A stretch of DNA of 64,000 nucleotides from Lytechinus pictus (lineage: Eukaryota), in the NCBI RefSeq assembly GCF_037042905.1, contig NC_087245.1, positions 1,488,001 to 1,552,000 on the forward strand, read 5' to 3'. Positions within the stretch are counted from its first letter, which is position 1. Each line of letters opens with the position of its first letter. Positions 57,834-64,000 of the stretch are shown piece by piece. A program made the translations under genes and the position numbers. The notes below the pieces were generated by a model that saw nothing but the letters and a program-made list of their open reading frames with translations, did no database searches and had not been told where the DNA came from.

Positions 57834-59965
57834 TCATCATCATCATCATCATGTTACGAGGTGAGGTAATCCTGTTGACCTCGATCTCTTCATCTGAAAA
57901 TTGCAGTCCATCTCCATACGATGTGTTATTACGTCATAAGTCATAAGAACAAAAACTTGCACACGTGTAGGGTAGAGACGGTTTTGATCATTTGGACTTG
58001 GAGATTGAAACGCTCAGACCACCAAAACTTATCGAGTCTTAATTTGAATACATCGATGGAGCCTGAGTCAAATAACTTCTTGGGGGAGGCTATTCCAGTC
58101 ATTCACTACCCGGTTACTAGTAAAAACGCATTTGCGTATGTCGAGTCTTGATCGTTCTTTAAATATCTTTAACGTATGACCTCGAAGATGTGAATTATAG
58201 GGACAGTGATTTTCCGTTTCAAAAAATTGCCTTTTCCGTTTCAGAAAATCTCAAATTCCGTTTCAGCATGTCAGAAAACGTAAATTCTGTTTCCCCATAG
58301 ACTTTGTACACACGGAAAAGTGACAATTCCGTTTACACATTGAATAGCAAAATCACAACACGTACACTCGCACTGGTCAAAATTTGTATCTGCTACTAGC
58401 CTGTACCAACAACACAATAGAATCTGTTCTAATCGGATCTATGCGGGTGCATAAAATATTTTTACAAACCCATTTAGCATGCATACATCCTCACCTTTCA
58501 CATCATTAGCATTATTTCACGATGAAATGATATTTCATCGATAATTTTGGGGTTTTTTGGACATCGTTATCATCAGTAAACGGCTTTTGCCAATCCGCCA
58601 TCTTGGATTTTAAGACCACGATATCGTGCTGTTACATCTTCTAAGGTAGAGGGCAGCAACACACAACCGTGTAGTTGAACGATATGTGTGCATGTGAAGC
58701 CCAACCCGGCCGGCCGGGCGCCGGGTACGGCTACGGTGCGGGGTACAATCGAGTGTGGTGATGTCGAGTGCAGTCACGACGTGTGAATTGTCATGATAGT
58801 AGCGAAGTGAGATCGTGTTTTCTGGGGTTTTGTGGCCATTTAATATTCTCATTTTGTTGTGATTTCGGAGTAATTTCTGTTGCTATTCTGTGTATTTTTA
58901 GGGAAAATACGTTTTCCGTGATTTTCCGTTTGAAATGCCACTTTCCGTTTCAAAAGGCCCTTTCCGTGAATTCCGTCCGTTTTCCGCGATCGCGGAAAAT
59001 CACTGTCCCTAGAATTAGTTGATGGCAAGAAAAAGTGACTTGAGTCCATCTTGACCATTCCTTTCAGTATTTTAAATACCATAATGGCATCGCCTCTCCT
59101 TCTTCTATAATACAGGGAGTGTAAGTCCAATACTTTTAATCTATCTGAGTAGGGGAGTTCTTTTATCTCCTGCACCATCTTAGTTGCTCTTCTCTGGACT
59201 TTCTCAATTTTATCCGCATCTTCTTTCCATTGAGTGTTCCACAAGATGTTGCCATACTCTAGGTGTGGTCTTACCAATGTCTTAAACAAAATTGGTAGGG
59301 TCCTTGTGTCCAGTTGAGTGAAAGTCCGTCTGATGATACCAAGGAGCTGATAGGCTTTGCTTACTTCCATTGATATATGCTCATGAAATTTGAGTTCCGA
59401 GTCAATCAATACTCCCAGGTCCTTTTCTCTGGTAGATGAGGCAACTTCATCTCCATTCATGTGATATTTATCTTTCTTGTTATTTCTCCCAAAGTGAAGA
59501 ACTGTACACTTATTCTGGTTGAAAGGAAGTTGCCATTTTTCAGCCCACATGGTAAGTTTGGACAGGTCTGCCTGTAAGGCCTTGGATTCTTCATCATTCC
59601 CTACTGCTCTGTACATCTTAGTATCATCCGCAAAGAGTAAGATCCTGGAGTTTATGTCACTAGGCAAATCATTAATAAAAATGACAAATAGGATTGGCCC
59701 GAGGATACTCCCTTGCGGTATACCACTCTTAACATCTGTCCAAGATGATGTCACTCCATTTATAGCCACTCTTTGCTTTCTGCCTTTCAGGAAGGCACTA
59801 ATCCAGGCAAGAAGAGGGTTCTCAATTCCATAAGCTTTCAGCTTCAATAAAAGTCTTTCATGAGGTACTGCATCAAAAGCCTTCTTAAAGTCTAGATATA
59901 AAACATCAATAGGTTGGCTATCGTCTAATATCCTAGTCCATTCTTCAATGACTTTGTTGAGTTGT
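57834..59965 (-). mobile_element. 5'-truncated CR1-type LINE (RT domain to 3' tail), interrupted by a MITE
   Basis: LDFKKAFDAVPH, SGIPQGSILGP, LFADDTK, LVRPHLEY, VQRRATK; continues past the MITE as HLRGHTLKIFK...RVVNDWNSLP; (GAT)n tail at 57834-57852. Confidence 0.9.
58198..59011. mobile_element. 814-bp MITE with 19-bp TIR and 6-bp duplication GAATTA
   Basis: TAGGGACAGTGATTTTCCG at both ends; GAATTA at 58192-58197 and 59012-59017; sub-terminal TTTTCCGT repeats. Confidence 0.9.
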
Positions 59966-61994
59966 GTAGGTAAATTGTTCACTGCTTGTATTAACTCTAG
60001 GCTTTCCAATTATTTGGAATGTGCAGGAATTTTAGGCAATGAGCAGGCAGGGTTTAGAGAAAGTCATAGTACCCTTGATCACATATTTACATTACATGGT
60101 TTGATCGATTTGTATCTACACGATGCGAAGAGAATTTACTGTGCCTTTATTGACTACAGAAAAGCCTTTGACCTTGTTGACAGATCTAGTCTCTGGTCGA
60201 AGTTGATTTCATGTGGTATCAATGGGAAGATTATTAGTGTTGTTTATAATATGTATGAAAATGCTAAATCATGCATAAAGTATGGATATAACATTTCTGA
60301 TTTCTTTACCTGTAATATCGGAGTGCGTCAGGGTGAAAATTTATCTCCTTTGCTCTTTGCAGTTTTTCTTAATGATTTTGAATATTTTGTTAGTCGGTAT
60401 TATAAAGGCTTAAATATGTGCTCTTCTCTAATAAGGGACTACCTGAGCAATGATGATGTGGAAGTTTTCTTACGACTATATGTTTTATTATATGCTGACG
60501 ATACAATAATATTGGCTGAGTCGGCTCAAGAACTTCAGTCTGCTCTGTCGGCTGTTCATCAATATTGTGAGCAGTGGAAACTTTCTGTTAATACAAGCAA
60601 GACTAAAGTTGTGATTTTCTCACGTGGAAAGGTTCGTAAATATCCAGAGTTTTTGTTTGGGGATACTGCTCTTGACGTCGTAGAGGATTATATTTATTTA
60701 GGTACCACTTTTAATTACAATGGCTCCTTCAAGAAAGCTATGAAAAAGCAAGTTAATCAGGCTAGGAGAGCAATGTTTAATCTTAAAAGTAAGGCCAATG
60801 TGTTGAGTTTGCCTTTGGACATTCAATGTGAATTGTTTGATCAGCTGGTGGTACCAATTTTGTTATATGGTAGTGAAATTTGGGGGTTTGGTGATGTAGA
60901 TTGTATTGAAATGTTTCATAAGAAGTTTATAAAAAGCCTCCTTGGACTTAGTCGAGGGTCTGCGAATTGTATGGCATATGGCGAATTGGGAAGAGTCAGT
61001 CTGCTTTATATTATTGAAAAGCGTATGATAAATTTTTGGGCAAGGATTCGTCAAAGTGTAAATGGAAAATCTAAATTGTCAAGTATGATTTATAGGCTTT
61101 TGCGTCAACTTCATGATAGGGACCTTTATAAGTCACCATGGATAGTAAAAGTGAAAAACATTTTGGATAGATGTGGGATGTCTAACCTGTGGAGTGTTGA
61201 GAATATAGTCTTGGACGTTAAGTGGGTTAAGTCAACTGTGAGTCTCAGATTGGATGATATTGCTAAACAGGAATTGAATACTGAAATTAATAGAAACCGT
61301 TTGTGCATGAATTATAGGATATTCAAACAAGATTTTGGGTTTGAGAACTATTTAGTGAAATTAGATTTTGCAGATAGGATTGAACTCTGTAAATATCGTT
61401 GTGGAAATCATAGATTGCCAATTGCTAATGGTCGTTACCTGCCTAATCAAGGTTTGCAAACTTGTACTCTATGTGACTCGCATGAGCCAGGAGACGAGAT
61501 TCATTATGTGTTTAATTGTCCTGCTTTTGAAAGTGAAAGGAAAGCTTTAATTAGAGGGTATTATTTTGTCAGACCAAACGTGATTAAAATGCACAAGTTG
61601 TTTAATATGCGAAATACAAAAGACTTGAAAAATCTGTCAAGATTTTGTAAATTCATTATGTCAAAATTTTAATATCTTAAGTGTAGTTGCTGTCTTGGTT
61701 ACTTTCTTGTATTAGGGCATGATTTCAGATTTTGTTGGATTGCACCTGCACATGCTAAGTGGGGTACCGGTCTCCAGATACTCTCTGGCATGTCGGGAGT
61801 GGGTGGGTTAATTTGTGCCCGTTTCTATTTCTATTACTGCTCTTGTATTGTACATATGTTTATTATCATCATGTTTGATTCTTGTTACCTTGGTATTTTT
61901 TTCTTATGCCTATTATTGCCATTGTTGTAAGTTGTTATATTTCTTCTATGCCCCCAGGAGGGGCCGTCAAAGAAATAAAATCATTGTCATTGTC
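59948..61994 (+). mobile_element. 5'-truncated LINE (CR1/L2-group reverse transcriptase), open 574-codon frame plus 3' UTR and tail
   Basis: TLLSCVGKLF, EQAGFR, FIDYRKAFD, GVRQGENLSPLLF, LLYADD, YLG, C-terminal CxxC...H...C; stop 61672; stem-loop, AATAAA and (CATTGT)n tail at ~61950-61994. Confidence 0.92.
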
Positions 61995-62522
61995 AGCCGG
62001 GCAAGGCAGGCGGCAAGGACGAGTCCAAGACGCCTAGCTTTGCTGTTGTTAGCGTTCGTGCAACCGCGCCGGCCGACTTCGTCTTCGATCTTCGAGCAAA
62101 TTCCCCACCTGGCTGGGCCTTGGGCCCGTTTCCCAACACTGTCAGAAAGTCTAACTTCTTCTAAAGAACTAGGCATTGTCGCCTATACTTTTAGGCATTA
62201 CATTGCAAAAGCCAAGGACAAGCAAGAAGGAATATTAGAAGAAAGGTTGATTTGAAGAAAGAATTAATTAGGAAAGAAAAGACCCCCAAGGCAAAACACT
62301 TGGATGTCTTTTTAAAGATAGTGCACATTACATACTTAATGTAATAAGGGTGTCAAAAACACTAAAATATTGAAAAAAGGGTATCTATTTTCGCTAGGAA
62401 AGCTACGTGTCGAGTGTTTAGGTCAAATTTGCGAGGGTCTAAAAATTAAGACTAAATTTTTTTGTAAAGGATGTACTTTTTGCCCCAAGTGTTTAGAGTA
62501 TGATTTGTGCAAGGTGTGGGGG

Positions 62523-63216
62523 GTGAGTGAGCATAAACAATGTGAAAAAAGGATACCAAAAACTAATTTGGCGGGGGGTATCTGTATTTCAAATAGAAAA
62601 TCACATGTCTAAAAAGTTCAATATCTGCTCTTTTATTTGATACCTCAATCACAGAAAATGGTGAAGAAGTAAAAAAATGCTGTTCCCTCAAAACAATGCT
62701 TGTATTTCCATAATTTCATTAAATAAACGTGTTTTTACCGGTTTCCCTCAGAAGATCTCGCACGGTTACCAAAAGAGATTTAATGCATGGCTGATCGTCA
62801 ACAAAAAGGAAATAAGTGAGTCTGAAGTTCAGACTCTGAACGCTAGCCTGTAAAAACTCTTCATTTTATGAAATTATTGAAATTCAAGCCTTATTTCAAA
62901 TAAGCAGAACTTTGTAATTTCTTGACCATTTTCTGTAATTTAGTTATCAAATTAAAGAGCAGATATTGAACTTTTTAAAAATGTGGTTTTCTTTTTGAAA
63001 CCCAGATACAGCCCGCCAAGTGACTTTTTGGTATCCCCTCTTCAAATTGTTTTTGCTCACTCATGCGTGAATGAGAAATAATGTAAGCAATTTCAATTGA
63101 AAGAAGAGATTCTAAGCTTTACATTGGTAGGTCATTTGTCTATTGTATTTTTGATTAAGTTATGATAAAGTTAAACCATTGATAAATCTCGGTTTTTTTT
63201 TTAGTGGGACGCACTG
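62523..63216. mobile_element. Tc1/mariner-like MITE, partial copy of 780-1602
   Basis: Ends GGGACGCACTG-TA; body similar to ~930-1602. Confidence 0.8.
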
Positions 63217-64000
63217 TATACATGTACACCTATGCATACAACATACATTGTGTATCGAGGGCATGCAAGGCTGGGTGGAATTAAAACTTTCTGACCTCTT
63301 TTAGGTTGGTGTTTAATTGTGAATGTGATACATTAGTTTATTTTTGACAAATTATCTCGGTAACATTTTTTAAAACTGTATCAAGTATTTAAAAACAATT
63401 TTTATCATTATTATCTTGTCATTTTGTTACTATCACTTGCGTAATCGAGTTATCCCAAGTGTCTAATCGGGATCTGCTGAATATTCGATCAGTGTAAATT
63501 TTGCTAATAGATTTAATAGCGATCGGCGGCAAGCCATTCGATCAATCGATGTTTACTCCCAGGCCTAGTCTATATGAAACAAAGTATATCATAAATGAAT
63601 TTAAATCGATACTCATTAATCAAATGGGAAAATATGCAAAATACATGTAAATATGTACCTAATGTGTTACCATGATCATTTTAGATTTTTCATTTGTAAG
63701 AAATGTGTCAATTTATACCCAATATTAGATTGTAAAAAATAATACAATAATATAGGTTTAAGTGAGTGTGTTTGTAAAGAGAGACCGATAGAGCTGGGAG
63801 ATGGAATATGAGACGTAGAAGAAAAAGAGGAAAGCAAGAAAAAGGCAGGGAGGGGGAGATAAAAGAAAAAAGGGAAAGAGAATAGGGAGGAGAGAGAGAG
63901 GGGGATCATACCCGGCTATGCTTGAACAGTGTCCTAATGATTTTTGTGACAAATGGCAAGGCATGATAACTTAGAATTATAAAAATTACATGCATATAAT

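Noticed and set aside
58849..60009. 386-aa ORF as a genuine gene
   Set aside because: Chimeric: N-terminus is antisense of the neighbouring LINE, C-terminus reads into a MITE; only the middle is CR1 RT

Overview
AT-rich, repeat-dense animal genomic DNA with spliceosomal introns. It looks like an invertebrate deuterostome, possibly a sea urchin; that is an impression from the repeats only. Three genes can be spliced by eye into uninterrupted frames. (1) The 3' two-thirds of an alpha-2-macroglobulin-family thioester protein (+, 21 exons, 1671-20884, GCGEQ motif and catalytic His). (2) A complete activator-type E2F (E2F3-like; +, 8 exons, 31995-43234) with a minor-spliceosome AT-AC intron and a promoter rich in E2F sites. 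(3) ADAT2 tRNA adenosine deaminase (-, 6 coding exons, 55123-50745), convergent with E2F. The rest is MITEs and non-autonomous DNA transposons, a Helentron-like element, tRNA-derived SINEs, a decayed R4/Dong-type retroelement and two LINE fragments fused head-to-head. The most unusual structure is a ~6.1-kb imperfect palindrome just upstream of the E2F promoter. One arm carries a ~410-bp tandem-plus-inverted repeat whose unit holds a fully paired 72-nt tRNA cloverleaf with a UCA (opal) anticodon and a Pol III terminator. No prokaryotic-type system (CRISPR, operon) is present. All calls are by eye, without database searches.
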